Shown: one piece after another, positions 26,901 through 35,926 of the stretch
How the letters are laid out: each line of letters begins with the position of its first letter
Position numbering within the stretch: the first letter of the stretch is position 1
Origin: an uncultured Acidobacteriota bacterium
Lineage (GTDB): Bacteria > Acidobacteriota > Thermoanaerobaculia > Multivoradales > SZUA-115
NCBI GenBank assembly: GCA_963805975.1
Contig: CAWDVR010000002.1
Coordinates: 960,001-1,024,000 of the forward strand
Reading direction: 5' to 3'
Length of the DNA: 64,000 nucleotides
Made by a program: the position numbers and the translations under genes
Notes under the pieces: model-generated
Told to the model about the DNA's origin: nothing
What the model saw: only the letters and a program-made list of their open reading frames with translations
The model's database searches: none

Positions 26901-27334
26901 CGCTGGCGCACGAGCTCGAGGCGCGAGGCAGGGTGACGGTCGAGGTAGAGGGCACGGCCGAGACGCTGACCGCCGAAGAGCTCGAGATCCGCCTCGTCGA
27001 ACGCGCCGGCACCGCCACCCAGGGCGACCGGGAGCTGCTGGTGGCGCTCGACACCGAGCTCACGCCGGAGCTCGTCGCCGAGGGCCGCGCCCGCGAGGTG
27101 GTGCACCGCATCCAGCAGGCGAGGAAGCAGGCCAACCTCGACTACGCCGACCGCATCCGCGTGCGCTACGCGGCGGCGCCCGAGCTGGCTGCGGCGGTCA
27201 CCGAGCACGGCACGTGGATCGCGGGCGAGACCCTCGCCGCGGCGCTCGAAGCCGTGGAGCCGGCGACGCCCGACCTCTCCTCTCTACCCGTCGACGATCT
27301 CGCCTTCGCCTTCTCGATCGAGAAGGTGAGCTAA
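23948..27334 (+). CDS. ileS: Isoleucine-tRNA ligase, type 2
   Basis: EGPPTAN, HVGH, GWDTHGLPVE, WTTTPWTL, GTGLVH, DQTRGWFY, KMSKR; long IleRS2-type C-terminus. Confidence 0.97.
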   Translation: MTRKPFPELPPGYPFPALEREVLERWRERGIFEKTLEQTQSGPSFVFFEGPPTANNKPHVGHVVTRAVKDLFPRFRTMQGFHVARKAGWDTHGLPVEIEVEKKLGFSGKEQIEQYGIAAFNQACLESVDTYERDWRAMTERTGYWLDLDHAYYTYTNDYIESVWWALSELARRDLLEQGYKIQPYCARCGTTLSSHELAQNYKEADDPSVWVLFPARPGQTLRTVEGGDLATGPELKLVAWTTTPWTLLAHVGLAVHPDLVYRVVAHPDPERDAAGEKLLFGDAIGTPVPFEMAVEGGKRKRLDLRDLPAEARVRGRDLEGLVYDRPFAFGPFDFVGGGAPAPGELDPRQPEGWKAVEAAGFRVVPGDYVTATEGTGLVHTAIPFGEDDYKTGQRYRLPGFVAVDEAGRIDRRAEPFAGLWFKDADPEILRDLKRRGLLLHGDRYVHNYPFCWRCDTPLLYYATTSWFIKTTAKKAELIEKNKTIHWHPEHVGEGRFGNWLENVVDWALSRRRYWGTPLPVWLCDAPDCKERQVIGSFAELFAATGRPLPENPYDREQFDPHRPYIDEHTWACAACGAGTMRRVEEVIDAWFDSGAMPFAQHHYPFENRERFEGSEGERQFPADFISEAVDQTRGWFYTLHALAVLLFDSVAFKNCIVMGHVTDEKGRKMSKRLGNVVDPMAVIEENGADALRWYFYANNPEISSRFSSRLVRESAQGFLLPLANAVSFFTIYANLDGWRPGDEARQTPNFARRPALDRWILLRLDRLVAATTEHLEEYRIPEAARGVEDFLDDLTNWYIRRSRDRFWAPAEGGDEAAKESAYQALYEVLTTVVRLLAPFIPFFTDVLHGLLVRSQDEGAAESVHLEAWPRPAGDRADHPLEAGMAAVQRIVRLGHAARNTHSLKTRQPLAGVTLVTADDSIAAVIEPYLPLLQEELNVHQVRWAADRSEYVRHEVRPVYPKCGPRFGKRMGALKAALEAADGDALAHELEARGRVTVEVEGTAETLTAEELEIRLVERAGTATQGDRELLVALDTELTPELVAEGRAREVVHRIQQARKQANLDYADRIRVRYAAAPELAAAVTEHGTWIAGETLAAALEAVEPATPDLSSLPVDDLAFAFSIEKVS

Positions 27335-27348
27335 CCCGAGGGCCCACC

Positions 27349-28707
27349 ATGGCCGGAATCTTCAAAGCGTACGACGTCCGGGGCCTCTACCCGGACCAGA
27401 TCGACGAGGACATCACGCGGCGGATCGGCCGTGCCTTCCGCGCCGTGCTCGACCCGGGCGAGGTGGAACGCAACCCGACGGTGATCGTCAGCCGCGACAT
27501 GCGCGCCTCGAGCGAGCCGCTGTCCGAGGCGCTGATCGAGGGCCTGCGCGAGAGCGGCCTCAACGTGCACTCGATCGGCCTCGCCACCACGCCCACCAAC
27601 TACTTCGCCGTCGGGCACCTCAAGGCCGCCGGCGGCGTGCAGGTCACCGCCTCTCACAACCCGGCGCGCTACAACGGCCTCAAGTTCAGCCGCCACGAGG
27701 CGCGGCCGGTGTCGGGCGACGAGGGCATCCCGGCCATCGAGAAGCACGCGCTGGCCGACGACTCGCCGCGTGCCGAGGCGCCCGGCGCGATGAGCGAAGG
27801 CTCGGTGTTCGAGGCCTACGGCCGGCACGTGCTGTCGTTCCTGAAACCGCCGCCCGGCGCCAAGCGCCTCAAGGTCGTGGTGGACGCCGCCAACGGCATG
27901 GGCACCCTCTATCAGCCGCTCCTGGAGCAGGCCGGGATCGAGCTCGTGCCCCTCTACTTCGAGCTCGACGGCACCTTCCCCAACCACGAGGCCAACCCGC
28001 TCAAGCGCGAGAACCTGAACGATCTCTGCCGTGCGGTCGAGGAGCTGGACGCGGACCTGGGCGTGTCTTTCGACGGCGACGCGGACCGCGCCGCCTTCGT
28101 GGACGAAAGAGGCGAGCCGATCGGCAGCGACCTCGCGACCGCCTTGATCGCCGGCGAGCTCCTGGCCGACCGGCCGGGCAAGGCCGTGGTCTACGACCTG
28201 CGCTCGTCACGCGCCGTGGCCGAGTACATCCGCGAGAAGGGCGGCATTCCGCTCCGCGAGCGGGTGGGGCACTCGTTCATCAAGGCCACCTTGCGCCAGC
28301 ACGACGGCCTCTTCGGCGGCGAGCTCGCCGGGCACTACTACTTCCGCGACAACTTCTTCGCCGATTGCTCGCTGCTCGCGGTCTTCGAGATGCTGAACCT
28401 GCTGTGGAAGACCGGGCAGCCGATGTCCGCGGTGGCGGCGCCGCTCCAGCGCTACGCCAAGAGCGAGGAGATCAACTTCGAGGTGGAGGACAAGGCCGGC
28501 AAGATGAAGGCCCTCGCCGAGAAGTACGCGGACGCCGACCTCGACTACCTCGACGGCATCACGGTCTCCTACCCGAGCTGGTGGGCCAACGTCCGGCCCT
28601 CGAACACCGAGCCCTACCTGCGGCTGGTGCTCGAAGCCGAGACACCCGGCGAGCTGGAGGAGCGGAAGGGCGAGCTGATCGAGCTGCTGGGAGAGCCGGC
28701 GGAGTAG
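27349..28707 (+). CDS. manB: Phosphomannomutase/phosphoglucomutase
   Basis: IFKAYDVRG, TASHNP, FDGDADR, GGELAGH, RPSNTEP. Confidence 0.92.
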   Translation: MAGIFKAYDVRGLYPDQIDEDITRRIGRAFRAVLDPGEVERNPTVIVSRDMRASSEPLSEALIEGLRESGLNVHSIGLATTPTNYFAVGHLKAAGGVQVTASHNPARYNGLKFSRHEARPVSGDEGIPAIEKHALADDSPRAEAPGAMSEGSVFEAYGRHVLSFLKPPPGAKRLKVVVDAANGMGTLYQPLLEQAGIELVPLYFELDGTFPNHEANPLKRENLNDLCRAVEELDADLGVSFDGDADRAAFVDERGEPIGSDLATALIAGELLADRPGKAVVYDLRSSRAVAEYIREKGGIPLRERVGHSFIKATLRQHDGLFGGELAGHYYFRDNFFADCSLLAVFEMLNLLWKTGQPMSAVAAPLQRYAKSEEINFEVEDKAGKMKALAEKYADADLDYLDGITVSYPSWWANVRPSNTEPYLRLVLEAETPGELEERKGELIELLGEPAE

Positions 28708-28768
28708 CCCTCACTCTGCCGGCGGGGAGTGGAGATCAGAATCGTAGGGGCGACCGCCGGTCGCCCCT
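28708..28768 (+). repeat. Degenerate BoxC-like remnant plus GTAG REP
   Basis: GATCAGAATCGTAGGGGCGACCGCCGGTCGCCCC is nearly identical to the reverse complement of 16872-16904. Confidence 0.8.
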
Positions 28769-28802
28769 CTTGGGAAGGGCGGGGACGCCCTCGCGCCCCC
28801 CG

Positions 28803-29498
28803 TCAGTCGTCGCTTCTTCCTCCGAGCAACCCGGCCCGGAACAGGTAGTACAGCAGCGTCATCAGCGTCGAGATGGCCGCGGCCACGTAGGTCAGGGCGG
28901 CGGCGTTGAGCACCTTGTTGACGCCGTCGCGCTCGCCGGCCGCCACCAGCCCGTACTCGGAGATCAGCCGCTTGGCGCGCGCCGAGGCGTCGAACTCGAC
29001 GGGCAGCGTGACGAGCTGGAAGAGCAGCACCGCCGAGAACAGGACGGCCCCGATCCCCACCAGACCCGGCTTCTGCAGGAACAGGCCAGCCATCATCACG
29101 ATCAGGCCGAGGTTGGAGCCGATGCCGGCCGTGGGCACCAGGGCCGAGCGCAGCCACAGGGGCTTGTAGGCGCGGGCGTGCTGGATGGCGTGCCCGGCCT
29201 CGTGGCAGGCGACGCCGATCGCCGCCACCGAGCGGCTGCCAAAGACGGGATCGGAAAGGGCGAGCGTCTTGGTGAGCGGGTTGTAGTGGTCAGAGAGCGT
29301 GCCGGGCGTGGCCACAATCTTCACGTCGGCAATGCCGGCGCGGTCGAGCAGCACCTGCGCCGACTGGGCGCCCGTCATGCCGCTCATCGCCGGCACCTTG
29401 GAGTACTTCTTGAACGTCGAGCGGGTGCGGAAGCTGGCCCACAGGGACAACAGGATCGCCGGCGCGAGGAAAACGAGGTACATGGGGTCGAAGAACAT
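28803..29498 (-). CDS. Membrane neutral zinc metallopeptidase (YugP family)
   Basis: LSDHYNP, HEAGHAIQH, TLPVEFDAS, AAALTYVAA. Confidence 0.92.
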   Translation of the reverse strand: MFFDPMYLVFLAPAILLSLWASFRTRSTFKKYSKVPAMSGMTGAQSAQVLLDRAGIADVKIVATPGTLSDHYNPLTKTLALSDPVFGSRSVAAIGVACHEAGHAIQHARAYKPLWLRSALVPTAGIGSNLGLIVMMAGLFLQKPGLVGIGAVLFSAVLLFQLVTLPVEFDASARAKRLISEYGLVAAGERDGVNKVLNAAALTYVAAAISTLMTLLYYLFRAGLLGGRSDD

Positions 29499-29620
29499 GG
29501 CTTCGTGAGACCTCCTTATCGCTTGGCTCAACGCGCGACGGGTCCATTCTATTCCGTGCCCCAGGGCGCCAGAGGGTACGGAGGCGGGTGCTAGAGTCGA
29601 TCGCGACCAGGAGGCCCACC

Positions 29621-30370
29621 ATGAGCAAACCCACCCAGAGCAGACCGAACGGGGGCAGCCCGAACGGCAAAGTGGCCCTCGTCACCGGCGGCAGCCGAGG
29701 CATCGGCCGCGCGATCGTCGAAGGCCTGGCCGAGGACGGCTTCCGGGTTTTCTTCTCGAGCCTCAATCCCGCCTCCGTGGGAAGCGCCAGGAAAGCCTTC
29801 GCCGAGCGCTTCGGCGACCAAGTGGCGGGCGAGGCGGTGGACGTGCGGGACCAGGCCGCCGTGGAGGCCTGGGTGGCTCGTGTGGAGGCCGCGGCCGGGC
29901 GCATCGACTGCCTGGTCAACAACGCCGGCCTCGGGCACTTCGGTGCCATCGACCAGCTCTCCGGCGACGCCTTCCGGCAGGTGATCGAGACCAACCTCAA
30001 CGGCTCGTTCTATTGCATCCGCGCCGTGGCTCCCGGTATGAAGCGGCGCGGCGACGGCTGGATCTTCAACATCGCCTCGCTCGCCGCCAAGAACCCCTTC
30101 GCCGGGGGCTCGGCCTACAACGCCAGCAAGTTCGGGCTGCTCGGCATGTCCGAGGCGGCGATGCTCGACCTGCGCCCGCACGGCATCCGGGTAGCGACCA
30201 TCCTGCCCGGCAGCGTGGACACCGAGTTCCGCGTGGCCGGCGAGGCGGACACCTCCTGGATGCTCACCTCCGAGGACGTGGCCCGCGCCGTGCGCGATCT
30301 CCTGGCCTACCCTTCGAACGCCCTGCCCAGCCTGATCGAGCTCCGCCCCGCGCGGCCTCCCAGGAAGTAG
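29621..30370 (+). CDS. Short-chain dehydrogenase/reductase
   Basis: TGGSRGIG, NNAG, YNASK; SD GGAGG. Confidence 0.92.
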   Translation: MSKPTQSRPNGGSPNGKVALVTGGSRGIGRAIVEGLAEDGFRVFFSSLNPASVGSARKAFAERFGDQVAGEAVDVRDQAAVEAWVARVEAAAGRIDCLVNNAGLGHFGAIDQLSGDAFRQVIETNLNGSFYCIRAVAPGMKRRGDGWIFNIASLAAKNPFAGGSAYNASKFGLLGMSEAAMLDLRPHGIRVATILPGSVDTEFRVAGEADTSWMLTSEDVARAVRDLLAYPSNALPSLIELRPARPPRK

Positions 30371-30397
30371 GCCGCCGGAACGTCAGGCGCGGGCAAC

Positions 30398-30841
30398 TCA
30401 GGCTTCGGTGGCGGTGATCGGTGCCGGGCGGCCCAGGGCGTCGACGTGGACGTAGACGACCTCGGCCTCGGTAACCTTGGAACGGCCGCCTCGGTCACCG
30501 CGGTCGGAAGAGGCTCCCATCCGGCGCTCGGCCTCGACGACGACCCGCACGGTGACCGAGGTACGGCCCAGGCGGAGGGTCTCGGTGTAGAAGGTGACCA
30601 GATCGCCGACCAGCACCGGGGCCAGGAACTCCACCTCGCGGATGGCGACGGTGACCAGCTTGCCCTGGACGTGGCGATGGCCTTCGACCGCGCCCGCCTG
30701 GTCGATGTAGGAGAGGATGATGCCGCCGAAGATGGTGCCCAGGGCGTTGGTGTCCTTGGGCATCATGACGACGCGGATCGCCGGGTGGCGGCCGGCGTCC
30801 TCGGCGCGGGAGGATTGCCGCGGGGGCTCAGCTTTCTTCAT
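30398..30841 (-). CDS. Hotdog-fold acyl-CoA thioesterase (YciA-like)
   Basis: MPKDTNALGTIFGG, GRTSVTVRV, YVHVD. Confidence 0.9.
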   Translation of the reverse strand: MKKAEPPRQSSRAEDAGRHPAIRVVMMPKDTNALGTIFGGIILSYIDQAGAVEGHRHVQGKLVTVAIREVEFLAPVLVGDLVTFYTETLRLGRTSVTVRVVVEAERRMGASSDRGDRGGRSKVTEAEVVYVHVDALGRPAPITATEA

Positions 30842-31388
30842 AGCAGGATCGGCACCTCGCCTCGTAGGACTCCGTGTCTCCCACCAGCACCTGCTCGTCG
30901 CTCCGCACGATGCGCTGGCTGTAGTGCGCGGGCTCGCCGCAGCGCATGCAGACCGCGTGCATCTTGTCCACGTACTCGGCCACGGTGAGGATCGCCGGCA
31001 TGGGGCCGAACGGCCGCCGCAGGTAGTCGAGGTCGAGCCCGGCGACGACCACCCGCAGCCCCGAGTCCGCCATGCGGTTGATGGCGTCGACCAGCCCCGG
31101 GTCGAAGAACTGCGCCTCGTCGATCCCCACCACGTGGACGCCCTCCTCGAGCCGGGCGAGCAGCTCGGCGCTCGAGGCCACCGCCACGGCGTCGAGCTGG
31201 CGGTTGTCGCGGGTGACCAGGGCCTCCGAGTCGGAACGGGTGTCGGTCTGCGGCTTGAAGACCTGCACCTTCTGCCGGGCGATCGCCGCGCGGCGCAGGC
31301 GCCGCACCAGCTCCTCGCTCTTGCCGGAGAACATGCCGCCGGTGATGACCTCGATCTGTCCGCGGCTGCCTTCGGGTCGCCCGGTCAT
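30828..31388 (-). CDS. tdk: Thymidine kinase
   Basis: GGMFSGKSEEL, IDEAQF, AGLDLD, CMRC...YEARCRSC. Confidence 0.95.
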   Translation of the reverse strand: MTGRPEGSRGQIEVITGGMFSGKSEELVRRLRRAAIARQKVQVFKPQTDTRSDSEALVTRDNRQLDAVAVASSAELLARLEEGVHVVGIDEAQFFDPGLVDAINRMADSGLRVVVAGLDLDYLRRPFGPMPAILTVAEYVDKMHAVCMRCGEPAHYSQRIVRSDEQVLVGDTESYEARCRSCYEES

Positions 31389-31460
31389 GGGGGCGGGATG
31401 GTATCACCGTCATCCCCGCCGGCCTGGCGATGCCCGGCAGCCGAAAGCTATGATCGGCCC

Positions 31461-32156
31461 ATGCTCCGAGCGGTGCTCTTCGACTTCAACGGCGTGCTGG
31501 TCGACGACGAGCCCATCCACTTCGAGCTCCTCGCCCGGGTGCTGGCCGAGGAGGGCGTGGACCTCGATCGCGACCGCTACTACGAGCGCTTCCTGGGCTT
31601 CGACGACCGCGGCTGCTTCACGGCGGCGCTCGCCGAAGCCGGCCAGGCCGTGTCCGAGGCCCGCACCGTGCGCCTGGTGGCGCGCAAGGCGAGCTACTAC
31701 CGGGACCGCATCCGCCGCGACGGCTACCCGTTCTTCCCCGGCGCCGTGGAGCTGGTGAGGCGGCTGGCCGCCGCCGGGCTGCCCTTGGGGGTGGTGAGCG
31801 GGGCGCTGCGCGAGGAGGTGGAGGGCGCGCTCGCCCAGGCGGCGATCGGTCGGTTGTTCAAAGTGCTGGTCACCGCCGAGGACACGCGGGAGGGGAAGCC
31901 TGATCCGGAGGGCTACCGCGCCGCGGTCGAGGCCCTGAACACCGAGCCGCCGCTGCCCGATCGCATGATCCACCCGCACGAGGTGCTGGCTGTCGAGGAC
32001 AGCTCCGCGGGCCTCGCCGCCGCCCGCGACGCCGGCCTCTCCACCCTTGCCGTGGCGCACACCTACCCGGCGGCGGTGCTGGCTGCCGCGGACCTGGTGG
32101 TGGAGAGCATCGGAGAGATCGACGTGGAGGCGCTCGCGGCTCGCTTCAGGGAGTGA
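31461..32156 (+). CDS. HAD-family phosphatase
   Basis: FDFNGVLVD, VVSG, GKPDP, VEDS. Confidence 0.9.
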   Translation: MLRAVLFDFNGVLVDDEPIHFELLARVLAEEGVDLDRDRYYERFLGFDDRGCFTAALAEAGQAVSEARTVRLVARKASYYRDRIRRDGYPFFPGAVELVRRLAAAGLPLGVVSGALREEVEGALAQAAIGRLFKVLVTAEDTREGKPDPEGYRAAVEALNTEPPLPDRMIHPHEVLAVEDSSAGLAAARDAGLSTLAVAHTYPAAVLAAADLVVESIGEIDVEALAARFRE

Positions 32157-32197
32157 CCTCGGGACCTGCCCGAAGGATTCGGGGAGACCTGGGGGGA

Positions 32198-32551
32198 CTA
32201 CATGATCGGCATGCGGCTGGAGAACCCGTCCTCGTAGCCGTGGTAGTGGCCCACGATCTCCTCCGGGTAGCGCCAGCAGTAGTAGCCGTCGCCGCTGTCC
32301 CAGTCCACCAGCCACAGGCCCTTGACCTCGCAGCCCACCGAGGTGATCTCCTCGGCCCAGGCCTGCACGATGCGGTCGTAGGCCGTGGTGAGCTCGTCCT
32401 TGCGGGCCTCCATCTCGTCCCGGCTGTGGACGCCGTTCAAGAGCGCTTCGACCTGCCGCACTGCCGCGTGCGTCAGGTCACGAACCATGGGAAAGGTGTT
32501 CACCGCTTCCTCGTACGAGAAGACTCTGCGCGACGCCCGCTGCTCCGCCAT
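32198..32551 (-). CDS. DUF2203-family protein
   Basis: FSYEEA, GCEVKGLWLVDW, YYCWRYPE, HYHGYEDGFSSR. Confidence 0.8.
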   Translation of the reverse strand: MAEQRASRRVFSYEEAVNTFPMVRDLTHAAVRQVEALLNGVHSRDEMEARKDELTTAYDRIVQAWAEEITSVGCEVKGLWLVDWDSGDGYYCWRYPEEIVGHYHGYEDGFSSRMPIM

Positions 32552-32608
32552 GGATGCGGGATGGTAGCAGATGGCCTCTCGGCGCCGGGGCTTCGGCTTG
32601 GCCCACGT

Positions 32609-32637
32609 TTGACAAGCAGCGGTACGGGGCTTACCCT
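32609..32637 (+). promoter_or_regulatory. Sigma70-type promoter of the IscA/HesB gene
   Basis: TTGACA-N17-TACCCT. Confidence 0.65.
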
Positions 32638-32643
32638 AGGAAA

Positions 32644-32682
32644 TCGGCGCCGAGGCGAATCCTTGGATTCACTCGGCGCCGA
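32644..32682 (+). promoter_or_regulatory. Stable hairpin in the predicted 5' UTR
   Basis: TCGGCGCCGAG-gc-GAATCC-tt-GGATTC-a-CTCGGCGCCGA. Confidence 0.55.
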
Positions 32683-32717
32683 CCAAAATCCGACTTCTCG
32701 AGCCCAGGAGCTTGCAC

Positions 32718-33113
32718 ATGGAGCATACGGAAACCACCCCTCCCACCGCTGCGGCGCCGGCCCCGAGCCAGGCGTCCGACGATCAGCCGGTCATCCTGAC
32801 CAGCAAGGCCGTCGACATGGTGCGGATCACGCAGAAGCACGAAGGCATCGACGAGAGCTACGGCCTGCGCATCGCGGTGCGCGGCGGTGGCTGCAGCGGC
32901 TTCGAGTACGCCCTCGACTTCGACAACGAGGCGCGGGAGAACGATCTCTCCTACGAACAGAACGGTTTGCGGATCTACGTCGACGGAGTGAGCGCGCGCT
33001 ACCTCTTCGGCACCACCATCGACTACGTGCTGGGATCGACCGGCGCCGGCTTCAAGTTCCAGAACCCCCGGGCGGTCGGCACCTGCGGCTGCGGCTCTTC
33101 CTTCGCCGTTTGA
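32718..33113 (+). CDS. iscA: A-type Fe-S carrier (HesB/IscA/ErpA)
   Basis: GGGCSGFEY, GTTIDY, TCGCGSSF. Confidence 0.92.
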   Translation: MEHTETTPPTAAAPAPSQASDDQPVILTSKAVDMVRITQKHEGIDESYGLRIAVRGGGCSGFEYALDFDNEARENDLSYEQNGLRIYVDGVSARYLFGTTIDYVLGSTGAGFKFQNPRAVGTCGCGSSFAV

Positions 33114-33154
33114 GAGCCCACCCGGCGCCGCCCGGCCGGACGGCGCCAAGAACG

Positions 33155-33191
33155 GCCGGGCCGGAGCAACCTCGCTTCGGCCCGGCTTTTT
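33155..33191 (+). terminator. Rho-independent terminator
   Basis: 13-bp stem gccgggccggagc/gcttcggcccggc followed by TTTTT. Confidence 0.8.
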
Positions 33192-33210
33192 AGTTTCTAC
33201 CCGTTGGTTT

Positions 33211-33858
33211 CTACCGCTCCGCCAGGAACCCGCGGTACAGCACCCCGGCCACCGCCGCGCCGACGATCGGCCCCAGGATGTAGAGCCAAGCCTGCGAGAG
33301 ATCGCCCAGCGCCACCGCCGGGCCCAGATAGCGGGCCGGGTTGAAGCCGGCCCCGGTGAGTGGGCCACCCATCAGGATGTTGAGCACCAAAGTCATGCCG
33401 ATCGCCACCCCGGCGAGGTTCCCGGCCTTGCCGCTCACCGCCGCGTTGAGCACCGTGTTGACCAGGAAGAAGGCGAGGATGGCCTCGACGAAGAAGCCCA
33501 CCGCGGGGGTGACGGTGGCCGCCAGCTTGAGCTCCCCGAGCCCGGTCGCCGTGCCGTTCACCACCCAGCGCAGGGTGAAGGCGCCGAGCACGCCGCCGAC
33601 GATCTGGGCGGCGATGTAGGCCACGGCGCGGACGGGCTCGATCTTGCCCGCGGCCAGCAAACCGCAGGTCACCGCCGGGTTCACGTGGGTGCCCGAGATG
33701 TGGCCGTAGGCGTAGACGAAGGCCAGCACCACCAGGCCGTGGGCGAAGGCGACGGCCACCAGGTCGCCGGACAGAGCGCCGGCGCCGGCACCGATGAAGA
33801 CCAGGGCGAAGGTGCCGATCGCTTCCGCGACCAGCGCTTTCGACAGGTTCCCTTGCAT
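33211..33858 (-). CDS. Aquaporin (MIP family)
   Basis: Two NPA boxes: SGTHVNPAVT and GFNPAR. Confidence 0.95.
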   Translation of the reverse strand: MQGNLSKALVAEAIGTFALVFIGAGAGALSGDLVAVAFAHGLVVLAFVYAYGHISGTHVNPAVTCGLLAAGKIEPVRAVAYIAAQIVGGVLGAFTLRWVVNGTATGLGELKLAATVTPAVGFFVEAILAFFLVNTVLNAAVSGKAGNLAGVAIGMTLVLNILMGGPLTGAGFNPARYLGPAVALGDLSQAWLYILGPIVGAAVAGVLYRGFLAER

Positions 33859-33928
33859 GGAGTTCCCCTCCTATTCCTCGCAGGGACGCCGGAAGGGCGC
33901 CCCCATTCATCCCGCCGCCCGCGCTCGG

Positions 33929-35011
33929 CTACTCCGGGAGCAGGCTCACCTCGGCCGAGCCGTAGCCCTCCACCGCGAGCACCATCCCCGGCTCGTAGGC
34001 CTTGCGATGGAGCACGGCGATGCCGACCGCGTTGCCTCCCGCGAGCGGCACGACCGCACTGCCTACCGCTCCTACCTCCTGCTCTTCGAAGAGCAGCCGC
34101 GTGCCAGCCGGTGGCGCCCCGGTACGGTCGAAGAGCAGCCGGCGCACCCCCCGGTTGGCCTTGCCGCGGTAGTGAATGCGAGCGATGACCTCCTGCCCCA
34201 GGTAGCAGCCTTTGGTGTAGCTCACCGCCTGCGCTTCGAGGCCGGATTCCTGCGGGAAATGATCGCTGCCGAAATCCTGGCCGAAGGCCGGCACCCCGGC
34301 CTCGACCCGCACCTGCTCCACCGCATCACGCCCCACGGCCAGGACCCCGGGTAGCGCGAGCAGCTCCTCGACCAGCGGCGGCGCCACGGAGGCCGAGACC
34401 CACAGGGTGAAGCCCGGCTGGCCGGCGAGCGCGGAACGCTCGATCGCGACCTCGATCCCCAGCACCATGGCGCGCAGGTTGCCGCGCGGTGGAGCCGGCA
34501 GCTCCGCTAGGTGCGTCAGGGTGGCCTCCGCCTGGGGGCCGAGGAGAGTCAGAGGCAACATGTCGGCGAGTGGCAGCACCTCGACGCGATCGGCGATCAG
34601 GAACTTCTTGAGGTGCGCCGAGATCCCCTCGCCCTGGCCAGCCGGAAGCGCCAGCCAAAGCCGGTCGGGAAGACTGAGCACGGTCACGTCCGCGAGGATC
34701 TTCCCCTGCTGCGAGGTGAAAAAGCCGTAGGCTCCCTCACCCGGCTCCAGCGCCTTGACGTCGCAGGACACGAGCCCGTGCAGGAACCGCTGGCGGTCCT
34801 TCCCCGTAAGCTCCAGCCGGCCGATCCAGCTCCGGTCGTAGAGCCCGGCACCGCTCGAGAGCGCCTCGGCCTCGCGGCCAAGCTCGCCATATCCCGCCAC
34901 CACCTGCTGGCCCGCCCAGGCACCGAACCGCGCCCCGAGCTGGCGGTGCAGCGAGGCTAGGGGCAGGCGGGCGAGGTGGCGCTCTGGAGCGCGTGATGCA
35001 GTTTCGATCAC
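33929..35011 (-). CDS. ygfZ: Folate-binding YgfZ/GcvT family protein
   Basis: KGCYLGQE motif; GKDRQRFLHGL; start inferred 7 nt after TACACT. Confidence 0.9.
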   Translation of the reverse strand: MIETASRAPERHLARLPLASLHRQLGARFGAWAGQQVVAGYGELGREAEALSSGAGLYDRSWIGRLELTGKDRQRFLHGLVSCDVKALEPGEGAYGFFTSQQGKILADVTVLSLPDRLWLALPAGQGEGISAHLKKFLIADRVEVLPLADMLPLTLLGPQAEATLTHLAELPAPPRGNLRAMVLGIEVAIERSALAGQPGFTLWVSASVAPPLVEELLALPGVLAVGRDAVEQVRVEAGVPAFGQDFGSDHFPQESGLEAQAVSYTKGCYLGQEVIARIHYRGKANRGVRRLLFDRTGAPPAGTRLLFEEQEVGAVGSAVVPLAGGNAVGIAVLHRKAYEPGMVLAVEGYGSAEVSLLPE

Positions 35012-35049
35012 CCTGCGAAGTGTATCCCGCACCACACTACAATCCAGCC

Positions 35050-35889
35050 ATGGCTTCCGAGCCCTTCCACATCGTCCCTCCCACCGGCCGCCCGCTCCAC
35101 GGCTTGATCGATCTGCCGGACGCTCCCGGCCCGCGGCCGGTGGTGGTGGTCTGCCACGGGTTCAAGGGCTTCATGGAATGGGGCTTCTTCCCCTATCTCG
35201 CCGAGCTCTTGGCGGGCCGCGGCTTCACGCTGGTGCGGTTCAACCTCTCCGGCGCCGGCATGATGCCGGGTGACGAGCTGGTGACCTCGCCGGACGCCTT
35301 CCGGGCCAACACCTACGGCAAGGAGCTCGCGGACCTGCTCGCGGTGCTGGCGGCCCTCGGCGCCGAGATCGCTCCGGGGCGCGTCGACCTCGAGCGCATC
35401 GGCCTCTTCGGGCACAGCCGGGGCGGCGGCGCTGCGCTGCTGGCCGCGGCCTCGGAGCCTTGGCGGAGCCGGGTGCGCGCCCTCGTCACCTGGGCGGCGA
35501 TCAGCACCATCGACCGCTCCGATCCCGGGACGATGGCGGTCTGGCGCAAGGCCGGTGAGCTGCCGGTCGAGAACTCGCGCACCGGCCAGAAGCTCGCCCT
35601 GGGTCCGGAGATGCTGGCCGAGGTGGAGGCGAGCCCGGCCGAGCTCGACCTCCTGGCCGCCGCGGGCCGGCGCCAGGCGCCGTGGCTCATCGTTCACGGC
35701 GAGACGGACGAGAGCGTGCTTGCCTCCGAGGGCCGAACCCTCGCGGGCGCCGCGGCCGAGCCCAAGGAGCTGCGGCTGATCCCAGAGGGTAACCACACGT
35801 TCGGAGCCAGGCACCCGTTCTCCGGGCCGACGCCGCAGCTCATCGAGGCGCTCAACTCCACGCAGACCTGGTTCCGGCGCCACCTCTAG
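35050..35889 (+). CDS. Alpha/beta serine hydrolase
   Basis: HGFKGF, GHSRGG, HGETDESV, GNHTF. Confidence 0.9.
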   Translation: MASEPFHIVPPTGRPLHGLIDLPDAPGPRPVVVVCHGFKGFMEWGFFPYLAELLAGRGFTLVRFNLSGAGMMPGDELVTSPDAFRANTYGKELADLLAVLAALGAEIAPGRVDLERIGLFGHSRGGGAALLAAASEPWRSRVRALVTWAAISTIDRSDPGTMAVWRKAGELPVENSRTGQKLALGPEMLAEVEASPAELDLLAAAGRRQAPWLIVHGETDESVLASEGRTLAGAAAEPKELRLIPEGNHTFGARHPFSGPTPQLIEALNSTQTWFRRHL

Positions 35890-35926
35890 CCCGCGAGCCC
35901 ACGACCGCCGGACAAGGAGCTGCGAC

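Noticed and set aside
23741-27208. 1155-aa minus-strand ORF opposite ileS, and 899-aa ORF 17021-19720
   Set aside because: Antisense shadow ORFs of well-supported genes
23948-27334. Type 2 IleRS as a self-resistance gene for the NRPS product
   Set aside because: It is 15 kb from the cluster, in housekeeping context with the PMM gene; no evidence here of a second ileS copy
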